A DNA stretch of 32,713 bases, from the IMG/VR virus record IMGVR_UViG_3300030372_003259, positions 1 through 32,713 of that record; one strand, 5' to 3'. Each line of letters starts with the position of its first letter. Positions within the stretch are counted from its first letter, which is position 1. This document shows, one piece after another, positions 32,516-32,713 of the stretch. The notes beneath the pieces were generated by a model, which did not search any database, was not told the origin of the DNA, and saw nothing but the letters and a program-made list of their open reading frames with translations. The translations under genes and the position numbers were made by a program. This DNA comes from a virus (lineage: Duplodnaviria; Caudoviricetes).

Positions 32516-32713
32516 TTATGCACCTAATAATAACATTTCATCCACATCTAGGTACTGTAATGCGAAACCTGTATCAGACCATAACATTAATTGTAAATCT
32601 ACATTTATTGCTACGCCTGCATCAGGTAGTAAATCTATATCTTCGTCTATAGGTAAGTTACCAATAGTATCTATACCTAAACTACCACCTTCTTTCATCA
32701 TAATTAATATACT
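32516..32713 (-). CDS. Hypothetical acidic protein, probably 5'-truncated by the window edge
   Basis: Frame stays open upstream of ATG 32701 to the window end (SILI-MMKEGG). Confidence 0.6.
   Translation of the reverse strand, partial: SILIMMKEGGSLGIDTIGNLPIDEDIDLLPDAGVAINVDLQLMLWSDTGFALQYLDVDEMLLLGA

Noticed and set aside
1-32713. Alternative genetic code
   Set aside because: Standard code 11 gives dense gene tiling with TAA, TAG and TGA all used as stops.

Overview
Fragment of an AT-rich tailed dsDNA phage genome, probably podovirus-like. The host is inferred to be a low-GC actinobacterium such as marine Ca. Actinomarina, from an r1t-type holin, GAAAGG ribosome-binding sites and leaderless genes. 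The left minus-strand arm (<1-10904) carries terminase, portal and very large putative internal virion proteins. A divergent control region follows (10905-11490). The plus-strand early/middle arm (11491-22688) has many small ORFs, a YubB/DUF1281-like protein, a MoxR AAA+ / vWA pair, a metallophosphoesterase, a Rad52-like annealase, an SLT transglycosylase and an HNH nuclease. The right minus-strand late arm (22700->32713) has basic micro-proteins, holin, a DUF5675 protein, an acidic exported protein and tail-associated genes. The most unusual signals are non-coding or very small. (1) Three tandem structured RNA domains at 17570-18053: one has a raiA-motif-like core, another displays an anti-Shine-Dalgarno loop next to leaderless genes. 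(2) A fourth structured RNA lies divergent from the terminase. (3) A repeated terminator + GTCAC...AAACGA module separates early genes. (4) Translationally coupled Cys-rich micropeptides occur in the late arm, one only 12 aa. All family assignments come from recognising motifs by eye, and all RNA pairings were read by hand; no searches or folding programs were run.
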